Positions 43,835 to 53,421 of a stretch of 64,000 bases of DNA are shown here, piece by piece (position 1 is the first letter of the stretch; the number at the start of each line of letters is the position of its first letter). The notes beneath the pieces were generated by a model. That model worked only from the letters and a program-made list of their open reading frames with translations, made no database searches and was not told where the DNA came from. The DNA is from an uncultured Candidatus Rokubacteria bacterium (lineage in GTDB: Bacteria; Methylomirabilota; Methylomirabilia; Rokubacteriales; CSP1-6): assembly GCA_963789955.1 (NCBI GenBank), contig CAWBMV010000036.1, positions 96,001-160,000 of the forward strand, written 5' to 3'. A program made the position numbers and the translations under genes.

Positions 43835-44989
43835 ATGCGCGCGGTGACGCGCCGATCACGTACGCTTCCGACCTTGCTCCTGATTCTGGTCGCGACCTTG
43901 ATCGGCGTCGGGTGCGTTTACAGCGGCTATCTCGCGAACATGCTCCCGACCGCCGCCGCCGAGCTCGACGAGCTCACGCTGCCACCGGGCTTTCGCATCG
44001 CCGTCTACGCCGCCGACGTGCCGAACGCCCGGCAGATGGCGCTGGGGCCGCCAGGTGTCGTGTTCGTTGGCTCGAACGCGGCGGGCAAGGTGTACGCGGT
44101 GGTGGATCGCGACGGCGGCAACCGCACGGTGCACGTCGTGGCCAGCGGCCTCAGCATGCCGAGCGGGATCGCGTTCCGCGACGGCGCGCTCTACGTCGCC
44201 GCGGTGAACCGCATCCTGCGCTACCGTGACGTCGCCCGCGATCCGGCGCACCCGCCGAAGCCCGAGGTCGTCACCGACGCCTATCCGTCCGACCCGCATC
44301 ACGGCTGGAAGTTCATCGCGTTCGGACCGGACGGGCGGCTCTACGTGCCGGTCGGCGCGCCGTGCAACATCTGTACGCCTCCGGGGCCGCTGCACGCCAC
44401 GATCACGCGGCTCGACCTCGCGGGCGGCCGGCCCGAGGTGGTGGCGCGGGGCGTGCGGAACAGCGTCGGCTTCGACTTCGATCCGGCGAACGGGGATCTC
44501 TGGTTTACCGACAACGGTCGCGACTGGCTCGGTGACGACCAGCCGCCGGACGAGCTGAATCATCTGACCAAGGTCGGCGAGCATTTTGGATTCCCGTTCT
44601 GTCACGGCAACGGCCTGCGCGATCCCGAGCACAACGCCGGGCGCGCCTGCAGCGAGTTCACGCCGCCGGCCCGCGAGCTCGGCCCCCACGTGGCGGCGAT
44701 CGGCATGCGCTTCTATACCGGCCGGATGTTTCCTGAGAAGTATCGCGGCGGCGTCTTCATCGCCGAGCACGGCTCGTGGAATCGCTCGACGCCGATCGGC
44801 TACCGCGTCTCCTTCGTGAAGATCGAGAATGGGCGCGCCACGTCGTACGAGCCCTTCGCCGCGGGCTGGCTCAAGGGCGGCGCCGCGTCGGGCCGCCCGG
44901 CCGACGTGCTCGTGATGCCCGACGGCGCGCTGCTCGTGTCCGACGACAAAGCCGGCCGCATCTACCGCATCACCTACGCCGGCAGCTAG
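43835..44989 (+). CDS. Glucose/sorbosone dehydrogenase family protein
   Basis: FGPDGRLYVPVGAPCNIC, GVRNSVG, TDNGRD, EHGSWNR, VSDD. Confidence 0.88.
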   Translation: MRAVTRRSRTLPTLLLILVATLIGVGCVYSGYLANMLPTAAAELDELTLPPGFRIAVYAADVPNARQMALGPPGVVFVGSNAAGKVYAVVDRDGGNRTVHVVASGLSMPSGIAFRDGALYVAAVNRILRYRDVARDPAHPPKPEVVTDAYPSDPHHGWKFIAFGPDGRLYVPVGAPCNICTPPGPLHATITRLDLAGGRPEVVARGVRNSVGFDFDPANGDLWFTDNGRDWLGDDQPPDELNHLTKVGEHFGFPFCHGNGLRDPEHNAGRACSEFTPPARELGPHVAAIGMRFYTGRMFPEKYRGGVFIAEHGSWNRSTPIGYRVSFVKIENGRATSYEPFAAGWLKGGAASGRPADVLVMPDGALLVSDDKAGRIYRITYAGS

Positions 44990-45071
44990 CCTCCGCTATC
45001 GTTCCCCCGTCCGAAGCCCCGTTGCCGGTACAATGGGCGCCGGTTCGACCTGTTCGTTAGGAGGAGTACCA

Positions 45072-45764
45072 ATGGACGCATGGACGACGAATTCAGTCCA
45101 GACGGCGGATCGAGTCTCCGCCTTCCTCTGGAAAGTGTACGGATGGATGGCCATCGGCCTCGGTCTCACGGCGATGGTGGCGTTCGCGGTGGCCGGCTCA
45201 CCGGATCTGCTCAGGGTGCTGGTCGGCAACCGCCTCGTGTTCTTCGGCCTCGTGATCGCCGAGCTGGGGCTGGTCTTCTACCTGTCCGCCCGGGCGGATC
45301 GTCTCGCCCCCGGCACGGCCGCCGGCCTCTTCGCGCTCTACTCGGCGCTGAACGGCGTCACCCTGTCCGCGATCCTGCTCGTCTACACGGGCGAGTCGGT
45401 GACGATGACCTTCGTGGTGACCGCCGGCATGTTCGGCGCGCTCGCGCTCTTCGGCTCGACGACGAAGCGGAGCCTGGCGGGCGCCGGGCAGTTCTTCATG
45501 ATGGGCCTGGTCGGCCTCATCCTGGCCTCGCTCATCGGCATGTTCTGGCACAACGACGCGCTGCAGTTCCTGATCTCGATAGTCGGCGTCATCGTCTTCA
45601 CCGGCCTCACCGCGTGGGACGCGCAGCGGCTCAAGCAGATGGCGCTGGCCCTGCCGCAGGGCCAGGTGGGGTCCTACGCCGTCGTCGGCGCGTTGTCCCT
45701 CTATCTCAACTTCATCAACCTCTTCCTGATGCTGCTGCGCTTCACCGGCAGCCGTCGGGAATGA
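45072..45764 (+). CDS. Bax inhibitor-1/YccA family membrane protein
   Basis: KVYGWM, TAWDAQRLK, ALSLYLNFINLF. Confidence 0.92.
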   Translation: MDAWTTNSVQTADRVSAFLWKVYGWMAIGLGLTAMVAFAVAGSPDLLRVLVGNRLVFFGLVIAELGLVFYLSARADRLAPGTAAGLFALYSALNGVTLSAILLVYTGESVTMTFVVTAGMFGALALFGSTTKRSLAGAGQFFMMGLVGLILASLIGMFWHNDALQFLISIVGVIVFTGLTAWDAQRLKQMALALPQGQVGSYAVVGALSLYLNFINLFLMLLRFTGSRRE

Positions 45765-45807
45765 GGTAACGAACTCACGAACCGCGCATCCCAGAGGAGA
45801 TCGATCG

Positions 45808-47334
45808 ATGCGGCATCTCCGTGTTGTCGCGTGTGTCCTGCTCGTCGTGTTCGCCGTCGCCGCCCCGGCGGCGGCGGCCCCCGAGGGCCAGCTGACGTGG
45901 GGCGTACACATCTCGCTCGCGCCCACCTGGTTCGATCCTGCCGAGACCCAGGGCCTCATCACGCCCTTCATGCTCCTGTACGCGATCCACGACGCAATGG
46001 CCAAGGCGATGCCCGGGAACACCACCGCGCCGAGCCTGGCCGAATCGTGGCAGATCTCGCCTGACGGGCGCGTCTACGATTTCATGCTCCGCAAGGGGGT
46101 AAAGTTCCACAACGGCGACCCGCTCACCTCCGAGGACGTGAAATTCTCGTTCGACCGGTACCGGGGCGCGAACGCCAAGCAGCTCAAGGATCGCGTCGCC
46201 GCCGTCGAGACGCCGGGCCCGCTCCACGTGAGGTTCCGGCTGAAGAACCCCTGGCCCGACTTCATGACGTTCTACACCGCGGCCAGCGGCGCGGGCTGGA
46301 TCGTACCGAAGAAGTACGTCGAGAAGGTGGGCGACGAGGGCTACAAGAAGGCGCCGATCGGCGCCGGCCCGTACAAGTTCGTCTCGTTCTCGCCCGGCGT
46401 CGAGCTGGTGATGGAGGCGTTCGACGGGTACTGGCGCAAGACGCCGAACGTCAAGCGTTTCGTCTTCAAGGTCATCGGTGACGAATCGACCCGTCTGGCC
46501 GCGCTGAAGCGCGGTGAGATCGACATCGTGTACTCAATCCGCGGCGAGCTGGCCGAGGAGCTGCAGCGGACACCTGGGCTCGCGCTGAAGCCGACCGTGA
46601 TCCAGTCGCCGCAGTGGGTGAGCATGCTGGATCAGTGGGACCCGAAATCGCCCTGGCACGACCGGCGCGTGCGCCTGGCGGCCAATTTGGCGATCGACCG
46701 CAAGGCGATCAACGACGCCATCACGCTCGGGCATTCCCGGCTGACGTACAGCATCATTCCGAGCACGTTCGACTTCTACTGGCAGCCGCCGACGTACGCG
46801 TTCGATCCCGCGCAGGCCAAGAAGCTCCTCGCCGAGGCGGGGTTCCCCAACGGCTTCGACGCCGGCGAATACTACCTGGACATCGCGTACGCGAACGTGC
46901 AGGAGGCGGTCGCCAACTATTTCCAGCAGGTCGGCATCCGCACCAAGCTGAGGCCTGTGGAGCGCGCGTCCCACTGGGCGAGCTATGCCGACAAGAAGTA
47001 CAAGAATCTCGCGTACACGGCGAGCGGCGCGTTCGGCAACGCGGCCACGCGGCTGGAGACGTTCGTCGTCGCGGGCGGCGCGTACGTCTACGGCAGCTAT
47101 CCCGAGATCGACTCGCTGTTCAAGGACCAGGCCGCGGAGATGGACCGCAAGAAGCGCGAGGCGCTCCTGCACAAGATCCAGCAGATCGTGCACGAGAAGA
47201 CGATGGTGATCCCGATCTGGGAGCTCGCGTTCATCAACGGCCAGGGCCCCCGGGTGCAGGAGTCGGGACTCGGGCTCATCCCCGGTCACGCCTACTCGGC
47301 GCCCTACGAAGACGTGAAGCTCAAGGCGAAGTAG
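45808..47334 (+). CDS. ABC substrate-binding protein family 5 (orphan)
   Basis: PSLAESW, LRKGVKFHNG, DVKFSF, PIGAGPYKF. Confidence 0.92.
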   Translation: MRHLRVVACVLLVVFAVAAPAAAAPEGQLTWGVHISLAPTWFDPAETQGLITPFMLLYAIHDAMAKAMPGNTTAPSLAESWQISPDGRVYDFMLRKGVKFHNGDPLTSEDVKFSFDRYRGANAKQLKDRVAAVETPGPLHVRFRLKNPWPDFMTFYTAASGAGWIVPKKYVEKVGDEGYKKAPIGAGPYKFVSFSPGVELVMEAFDGYWRKTPNVKRFVFKVIGDESTRLAALKRGEIDIVYSIRGELAEELQRTPGLALKPTVIQSPQWVSMLDQWDPKSPWHDRRVRLAANLAIDRKAINDAITLGHSRLTYSIIPSTFDFYWQPPTYAFDPAQAKKLLAEAGFPNGFDAGEYYLDIAYANVQEAVANYFQQVGIRTKLRPVERASHWASYADKKYKNLAYTASGAFGNAATRLETFVVAGGAYVYGSYPEIDSLFKDQAAEMDRKKREALLHKIQQIVHEKTMVIPIWELAFINGQGPRVQESGLGLIPGHAYSAPYEDVKLKAK

Positions 47335-47342
47335 CGAAGGCG

Positions 47343-47377
47343 GTAAGGAGGCCGCGGTCGTGCGGCGGCCTCCTTAC
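47343..47377. terminator. 13-bp hairpin between convergent genes
   Basis: GTAAGGAGGCCGC-N9-GCGGCCTCCTTAC. Confidence 0.65.
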
Positions 47378-48201
47378 TTGAAGCGGTCGACCCCCGTCCC
47401 ACGGTAGAGAATTTTCGCCGACTGCGCGACCACGGCGGCGTGGTGGGCGCGGGCCTCCGGCGCCAGGTCGGACGCGGGCGGGTGCTCGGGCGCGAAGTGA
47501 CGGTAGTCATCGACGCCGCGCACCAGCATCGCGCTGTCGCCGTCGCCCGCGATCTGCCGCACGTACGTCGGGATGTAGCGGATCGCGAAGCCGATGCGCC
47601 GGTCGTCCGACCGGTTGGCGGGCGAGCCGTGCACCATCCGAACGTGATGCAGGGACATCTCGCCGGCGCGCAGCAGGATGTCGACGCCGCGCGCCTCATC
47701 GACCTCGACGGCGATCTCCTGGCCGCGCGAGAGCAGATTGTTCGGCGCGAAGGTGTCGCGATGCTCGAGCTGCGCGTCGTGCGAGCCCGGGACCATCCGC
47801 ATCGCGCCGTTCTCGACCGTCGCGTCGGTGAAGGCCACCCACGCCGTGAGGACGTCCGGCGCGCTCAGCCCCCAGTAGGTGGCGTCCTGATGCCAGGAGA
47901 CGTACGCGGAATCGCGCGCTTCCTTGATGAAGAAGCTCGTGCTCCACGCGAGGAGGTTCGGTCCGAGGACGTCCTCGACCGCGTCGAGAATCGACGGGTG
48001 GCGCACGAGGTCGGCCAGCCACGTGAAGAGCAGGTGCGGCTTGTGGCGGATCTCGCCACTGAGCCGGCCGCCGTGCTCGGCCTCGACGGCCTCGAGCCGC
48101 CGGCGCAACGCCAGCGCCTCGCCCGGGGACATCACGCGAACCGGAAAATAGAATCCGTCCCGCCGGTATTGCTCGACCGCGGCCGAAGCGAGTCTCGTCA
48201 T
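47374..48201 (-). CDS. Phytanoyl-CoA dioxygenase family Fe(II)/2OG enzyme
   Basis: SWHQDATYW, ENGAMRMVPGSH, HGSPAN, RRIG. Confidence 0.9.
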   Translation of the reverse strand: MTRLASAAVEQYRRDGFYFPVRVMSPGEALALRRRLEAVEAEHGGRLSGEIRHKPHLLFTWLADLVRHPSILDAVEDVLGPNLLAWSTSFFIKEARDSAYVSWHQDATYWGLSAPDVLTAWVAFTDATVENGAMRMVPGSHDAQLEHRDTFAPNNLLSRGQEIAVEVDEARGVDILLRAGEMSLHHVRMVHGSPANRSDDRRIGFAIRYIPTYVRQIAGDGDSAMLVRGVDDYRHFAPEHPPASDLAPEARAHHAAVVAQSAKILYRGTGVDRFK

Positions 48202-48869
48202 CGGGTCATGGGCCTCGGGTCGATGGTACCCGAAGAGGCGCGCGCCCACACGGCGTACAACGGATCCCCACGCTCCGGCGACCGGTCCTCGTCCTTCACG
48301 TCGGCCCAACCGCCGCCGGCGTCGAAATAGGCGCGCACGAGCCCCACGTGCTGTGCGTCGGTGGTGTCGAGCCAGACGGCGACCGCCTTCGTCGGGAAGC
48401 ACCGGTTCGAGAACGATACGACGAAGGGCGCGCCCGGCCGCAGCACGCGGCGCACCTCGCGAAGCAGGCGCGCGGGATGGATCACGTACTGGATCGAGAC
48501 CGCGCACATCCCGCCGTCGAACTCCGCGTCGTCGAAGGGCAGCCGCGTCTCGCGATTCACGTCGTGGACGACGTGGGCCGTCAGGTGCGGATTGTCGGCC
48601 ATCTCCTCGGCGTTCAGACCCAGGCCGACGACGGACCCTGCGCGAAAGCCCGGCGGCAGGTGGCTGCGCCAGCTGCTCATCAGATCGAGCAGGCGGCCGC
48701 CCGGCGGAAGAATCTCGGCATACAGGCCACCGAGCGCGGCGATCGCGCCGTCGTCGATGTGGACGACCTTGCGCGGAACGACATAGAAGCGATCGTCTGG
48801 AGACTCGTCGTCACGCGTGAAGGCGAGCGGCGACAGCAGACCGTCGCCGGCGGGCGCCTCCGCGTCCAT
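48198..48869 (-). CDS. Class I SAM-dependent methyltransferase
   Basis: LDLMSSWRSHLP, RRVLRPG, FSNRCFPTKAV. Confidence 0.85.
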   Translation of the reverse strand: MDAEAPAGDGLLSPLAFTRDDESPDDRFYVVPRKVVHIDDGAIAALGGLYAEILPPGGRLLDLMSSWRSHLPPGFRAGSVVGLGLNAEEMADNPHLTAHVVHDVNRETRLPFDDAEFDGGMCAVSIQYVIHPARLLREVRRVLRPGAPFVVSFSNRCFPTKAVAVWLDTTDAQHVGLVRAYFDAGGGWADVKDEDRSPERGDPLYAVWARASSGTIDPRPMTR

Positions 48870-48874
48870 CTTTG

Positions 48875-49252
48875 CTAGCTCTCGGGCGAGACGGTGGCGT
48901 AGAAGCTACTGTCCATGCTCTCCATATAGATCTGGCGCTTGCCCCCCTGGTCGACGTACAGCTTGAGCGAGCCCTCCTGGATCGGCGGCGCCATCTGATA
49001 CGTCGCCTGCCCACCCACCACGGCCACGGTCCCTCGAGCCGTGGTGCTTCCCCAGATCGCGATCAGCGTTCGATCGGGGGAGATCGTGAGGTAGAGGAAA
49101 TCGACCCGCGGGCCGATCGTCGCCGAGCCCTTCCACTTGCCGACGAGCTGATCGATGCTGGTGACGGGTGTCGCCGGTGTGGCCGACGCGCACGCTTGAA
49201 CGACGAGCAGCAGGACCGCGAGCACCACGAAACGAAGCTGTCGCATGGTCAT
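48875..49252 (-). CDS. Hypothetical lipoprotein
   Basis: Signal with VQAC lipobox-like motif; RBS GGAGGGG. Confidence 0.65.
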   Translation of the reverse strand: MTMRQLRFVVLAVLLLVVQACASATPATPVTSIDQLVGKWKGSATIGPRVDFLYLTISPDRTLIAIWGSTTARGTVAVVGGQATYQMAPPIQEGSLKLYVDQGGKRQIYMESMDSSFYATVSPES

Positions 49253-49362
49253 CCCCCTCCGGCCGCGAGCCTGCCCTGCGCCGCGGTCCTCCGTAATTGG
49301 ACCTTGGTCCCGGCGCCAGGGGCGTTCGACCCGGCCGCGAGGTACGATGAGCCAGACGCGCC

Positions 49363-50040
49363 ATGCGTATTCTCGTCGTCGAGGACGATCGGAAGGTCGC
49401 GAGCTTCATCCGGCAGGGGCTCGAAGAAGAGGGCCATACCGTGGAAGCCGCCGCCGACGGTGACGCCGCGCTCGACCTGCTGCTCGGCGCGGACCCCTAC
49501 GATCTGATCGTCCTCGACGTCATGCTGCCCAAGCGCGACGGCTTCGCGGTGCTCAAGGCCGCGCGGCAGTCGGGGGTACTCTCGCCCGTCATCATGCTCA
49601 CTGCGCGCGACAGCGTCGCCGACAAGGTGACCGGGCTCGATCTCGGCGCCGACGACTATCTGGCCAAGCCGTTCGCGTTCGACGAGCTCCTGGCCCGCGT
49701 CCGCGCGCTGTTCCGGCGCGGCTCGGAGCGGCGAGCCCCCGTGCTCCGGCTGGCCGACCTGACGCTCGATCCGGCCACGCGCAAGGTGGAGCGGGCTGGG
49801 CGTCGGATCGAGCTCACCACGCGGGAGTGGGCGCTGCTCGAGTACTTCATGCGCAATGCCGGGCGCATTCTCACGCGCCCGATGCTGGTGCAGCACGTGT
49901 GGGGGCTCGACTTCGACCCGGAGAGCAACATCGTCGACGTGTACGTCGGCTATCTCCGCCGCAAGATCGACGGCCCGCAGGAGCAGAAGCTCTTCCACAC
50001 GATTCGCGGAGCGGGCTACGTCCTGAAGGACGAGCCCTGA
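49363..50040 (+). CDS. OmpR family response regulator
   Basis: LDVMLP, GADDYLAKPF, VDVYVGYLRRK, TIRGAGY. Confidence 0.95.
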   Translation: MRILVVEDDRKVASFIRQGLEEEGHTVEAAADGDAALDLLLGADPYDLIVLDVMLPKRDGFAVLKAARQSGVLSPVIMLTARDSVADKVTGLDLGADDYLAKPFAFDELLARVRALFRRGSERRAPVLRLADLTLDPATRKVERAGRRIELTTREWALLEYFMRNAGRILTRPMLVQHVWGLDFDPESNIVDVYVGYLRRKIDGPQEQKLFHTIRGAGYVLKDEP

Positions 50041-50042
50041 CG

Positions 50043-51434
50043 ATGCGCCCGCTCTCGATCCGCGCGCGGTTGACGCTCTGGTACACGGGCGTCGTCGTCG
50101 CTATCCTGCTCCTGGTCAGCGTCGCGGCGTACTCGCTCTTACGCTGGCACCTGTTCAACGATCTCGACGCGTCACTGTTCACCGTGGCCGGTGTGCTCCG
50201 CGACGCGCCGCCCGCGGACCCGGCCGCGCCGCTGCCGCCCGACCTCGAGCCGCTAGTGCGCGAGTTCCTGGGCGCGGAGTTCGCCGACGCCCTGATGCAG
50301 CTCCTCGACCCGCAGGGCCAGGTGCGCTCCCGCGCACTGCGGCCGGCCCTGCCGCTCTCGCGTGCGGCGCGGATGAACGCGTTGCGCGGCGAGCCCACGA
50401 TCGAGACGGTCGACCTCAGCACGGGAGACCGGGCGCGGCTGCTCACGATGCCGGTCGTACGGGCCGGGCGCGTCGTCGATCTGGTCCAGGTGGCCATGCC
50501 GCTGCGCCGGACGCATCAGACACTCGTCCGGTACGTCGAGACGCTGCTGGTGCTCGTCCCGCTGGGCGCGGTGCTCTCGGCGGTCGGCGGCTGGGTGCTG
50601 GCGCGCCGCGCGCTCCGGCCGGTCGATCGGATGTCGCAGAGCGCCCTGCGGATCAGCGCCGAGGACCTGAGCCGGCGCCTCGAGCGCCGGGGGACGCAGG
50701 ACGAGATCGACCGCCTCGCCGATACGCTCAACGCGATGCTCGCGCGACTGGAAGCCGCGTTCAGCGAGATGCAGCGCTTCACCGCCGACGCCGCGCACGA
50801 GCTGCGGACTCCGCTCACGGCGCTGCGGGGCGGAATCGAGATCGCGCTTCGCGCGGAGCGCTCGCCCGACGAGTATCGCCGCGTCCTCGTCTCGAGCATC
50901 GAGGAAGTCGATCAGCTCATCCGTCTCGCCGAGGACCTGCTGCTGCTCTCGCGATCCACCGTCGGCCTCAACGTCACCCGCCAGCCGGTGGACCTCGAGC
51001 CCCTGTGCCTCGAGGCGCTCGAGCTCGGCGTGCGCCTGGCCAAGGGCAAGGGCGTCATGGTCAGCCTCGGCGCCACGGCCCCCGCGGTAGTGCAGGCAGA
51101 TGCCGGCGCGCTGCGCCGGGCGCTCCTGAACCTGGTCGACAATGCGGTCAAGTACACGCCCGCCGGCGGCACCGTCGCGATCTCGCTCGAGCGGACACCC
51201 GCGGGCGCCACGCTCGCAGTCGAGGATACCGGCATCGGCATCGATCCGGCCGACGCCCGACGCATTTTCGAGCCTTTCGTTCGGCTCGACGCCGGTCGCA
51301 GCCGCGATACAGGCGGGAGCGGGCTCGGACTGGCCATCGCCCGGTCCATCGTCGTCGCCGCCGGCGGCACGCTCGAGGTCGAGAGCCGCCCAGGCGGCGG
51401 CAGCCGCTTCACGATCCGCCTCCCCGCCGCCTAG
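50043..51434 (+). CDS. HAMP sensor histidine kinase
   Basis: Two TM, DEIDRLA, AHELRTPL, NLVDNAVKY, GSGLGL. Confidence 0.95.
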   Translation: MRPLSIRARLTLWYTGVVVAILLLVSVAAYSLLRWHLFNDLDASLFTVAGVLRDAPPADPAAPLPPDLEPLVREFLGAEFADALMQLLDPQGQVRSRALRPALPLSRAARMNALRGEPTIETVDLSTGDRARLLTMPVVRAGRVVDLVQVAMPLRRTHQTLVRYVETLLVLVPLGAVLSAVGGWVLARRALRPVDRMSQSALRISAEDLSRRLERRGTQDEIDRLADTLNAMLARLEAAFSEMQRFTADAAHELRTPLTALRGGIEIALRAERSPDEYRRVLVSSIEEVDQLIRLAEDLLLLSRSTVGLNVTRQPVDLEPLCLEALELGVRLAKGKGVMVSLGATAPAVVQADAGALRRALLNLVDNAVKYTPAGGTVAISLERTPAGATLAVEDTGIGIDPADARRIFEPFVRLDAGRSRDTGGSGLGLAIARSIVVAAGGTLEVESRPGGGSRFTIRLPAA

Positions 51435-51567
51435 TCAGACACCATTCCGGGCTAAGAGGCTTCTCATCCCCGTTTCACGACTGGCTTACGTCTCGCCGAT
51501 AAGGTGAATGCCGTGACACAATCGCGCACGAGAAGTGCACGCGATAACGAAAAGGGGAGGCGAACTC

Positions 51568-53040
51568 ATGAGGATCTTGAACAGCAATCGGCGCTGGGCA
51601 GCGCCCATCGTTGCCCTGGTTGCCGTCGCGGCCATGGTGGGGTTGCTGCCCCACTTCGGCTTCACGAGCGCGTCGGACGCGCCGATCTGGACAGAGCACG
51701 CCTCCGCGCAGGCCGTCCAGATCCAGGCGCCGGACTGGGTGCGCCTCAGCAAGGAGGCGATGCCCGCGGTCGTGAACATCAGCTCCAAGCTCAATGCCGA
51801 ATCGGCGATGCCGCCGCAATTGAAAGGGCAGCCCGACGATCGCTCGATGGATGATTTCTTCAAGCGCTTCTTCGGTGAAGGGCCGGAGCAGCGTCGTCCC
51901 GCGCGGGCCGGCGGCTCGGGCTTCATCGTGAACGCGAATGGGTTCATCATCACCAACAACCACGTCGTCGAGAACGCGGCCGACATCCAGGTGAAGCTCG
52001 ACGACGGGCGCGAGCTCCCGGCGAAGGTCGTGGGGCGCGACGCCAAGACCGATCTCGCCCTCCTGAAGATCGACGCCACCGGATTGCCGGTGATCCCCCT
52101 CGGTGATTCGACGGCGCTTCAGGTCGGCGAGCCGGTAATGGCGATCGGCAATCCATTCGGGCTGGAGCAGACCGTGACGACCGGCATCGTCAGCGCGACC
52201 GGCCGAGTGATCGGGAGCGGTCCGTACGACAATTTCATCCAGACCGACGCGTCGATCAATCCGGGCAACAGCGGGGGCCCGCTGATCAACGCGCGCGGTG
52301 AGGTCATCGGCATCAACACCGCCATCTTCAGTCGTGGCGGCGGGTCGGTCGGGATCGGCTTTGCGGTGCCGTCGAGCCTGGCCAAGACCGTGATCACGCA
52401 GCTCGCCGATCATGGCACGGTCGAGCGCGGATGGCTCGGCGTGTCGATCCAGCCGCTCACCAAGGAGCTCGCCGCGAGCTTCAAGCGCAGCGACACGAGC
52501 GGCGCGCTCGTCTCGGCGGTGATGGAAGGCTCTCCAGCGGACAAGGCCGGCGTGAAGGCCGGTGACGTGATCGTCGAGTTCAACGGCAAGAAGATCGCGA
52601 AGGCGACCGATCTGCCCGGCCTCGTGGCCGACGTGCCGGTCGGGAAGGACGTGGCGATGGTGGTGATGCGGGAGGGCAAGGAGCAGGGCCTGAACGCGCA
52701 CATCGCCAAGCTCGAGGACGAGTCGCGCGCCAAGGTCGCCGCCGAAACCGACGGCAAGGGCAAGCTGGGCCTGTCCGTGCAGCCCCTCACGCCACCGATG
52801 GCGCGTGAGCTCGGGCTGAAGGTGAAAGAGGGTGTGCTGGTCCGCGACGTCGTCGAGGGCGGCCGCGCGGCCGAAGCCGGCATCCGCGCCGGTGACGTGA
52901 TCGTCGAGGTCGACCGCCGGCCGGTCCGTACGATCGAGGACTTCATGGCGCGGCTCGACAAGCAGGCCAAGGACGCGCCGGTCGTGATGCTCGTGAATCG
53001 CGACGGCCAGACGATGTACGTGGCCATTCCGGCCGTGTAG
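51568..53040 (+). CDS. DegP/DegQ (HtrA) serine protease with two PDZ domains
   Basis: TNNHVV, TDLALLK, INPGNSGGPL. Confidence 0.95.
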   Translation: MRILNSNRRWAAPIVALVAVAAMVGLLPHFGFTSASDAPIWTEHASAQAVQIQAPDWVRLSKEAMPAVVNISSKLNAESAMPPQLKGQPDDRSMDDFFKRFFGEGPEQRRPARAGGSGFIVNANGFIITNNHVVENAADIQVKLDDGRELPAKVVGRDAKTDLALLKIDATGLPVIPLGDSTALQVGEPVMAIGNPFGLEQTVTTGIVSATGRVIGSGPYDNFIQTDASINPGNSGGPLINARGEVIGINTAIFSRGGGSVGIGFAVPSSLAKTVITQLADHGTVERGWLGVSIQPLTKELAASFKRSDTSGALVSAVMEGSPADKAGVKAGDVIVEFNGKKIAKATDLPGLVADVPVGKDVAMVVMREGKEQGLNAHIAKLEDESRAKVAAETDGKGKLGLSVQPLTPPMARELGLKVKEGVLVRDVVEGGRAAEAGIRAGDVIVEVDRRPVRTIEDFMARLDKQAKDAPVVMLVNRDGQTMYVAIPAV

Positions 53041-53051
53041 CTCGAGTCTTC

Positions 53052-53077
53052 CCGGGGGGAGCGACGGCTCCCCCCGG
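53052..53077. repeat. Perfect 11-bp inverted repeat (terminator or REP-like)
   Basis: CCGGGGGGAGC-GACG-GCTCCCCCCGG. Confidence 0.6.
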
Positions 53078-53141
53078 ATCTCTTCCCGCTGAGACGAAGG
53101 TCCGAGTAGCCGAGCGATGCTCATCGCGGTATGCCACTAGC

Positions 53142-53408
53142 GTGGAACCCACCCGTCGGTTCGGGAATGCTGCAGCGGTCGTCCTGCTTCTCGTCAGCTT
53201 ATGGCTGGCCGGCTGCGCCACGTCGGGCGGCGACACGTGGACGAAGCCCGGTGGGACCGAGCAAGAGCGCAGTCGCGACACTATGGACTGTCTGACCCAA
53301 GCCAAGCGCGTGACGCCCGGCGCGGGCGGACCGGCCGAGACGGTCAACCAGGATCGCTACCGGCGCTGCATGACGGACCGCGGCTACACGTCGGGCCCGG
53401 CGCAGTGA
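53142..53408 (+). CDS. Small hypothetical lipoprotein
   Basis: LAGC lipobox, WTKPG, DC..RCMTDRGY. Confidence 0.7.
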   Translation: MEPTRRFGNAAAVVLLLVSLWLAGCATSGGDTWTKPGGTEQERSRDTMDCLTQAKRVTPGAGGPAETVNQDRYRRCMTDRGYTSGPAQ

Positions 53409-53421
53409 TTCCGGCTCGGGT

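Noticed and set aside
53052..53077. CRISPR or REP array
   Set aside because: Single palindrome; no regularly spaced repeats or cas genes seen anywhere in the window
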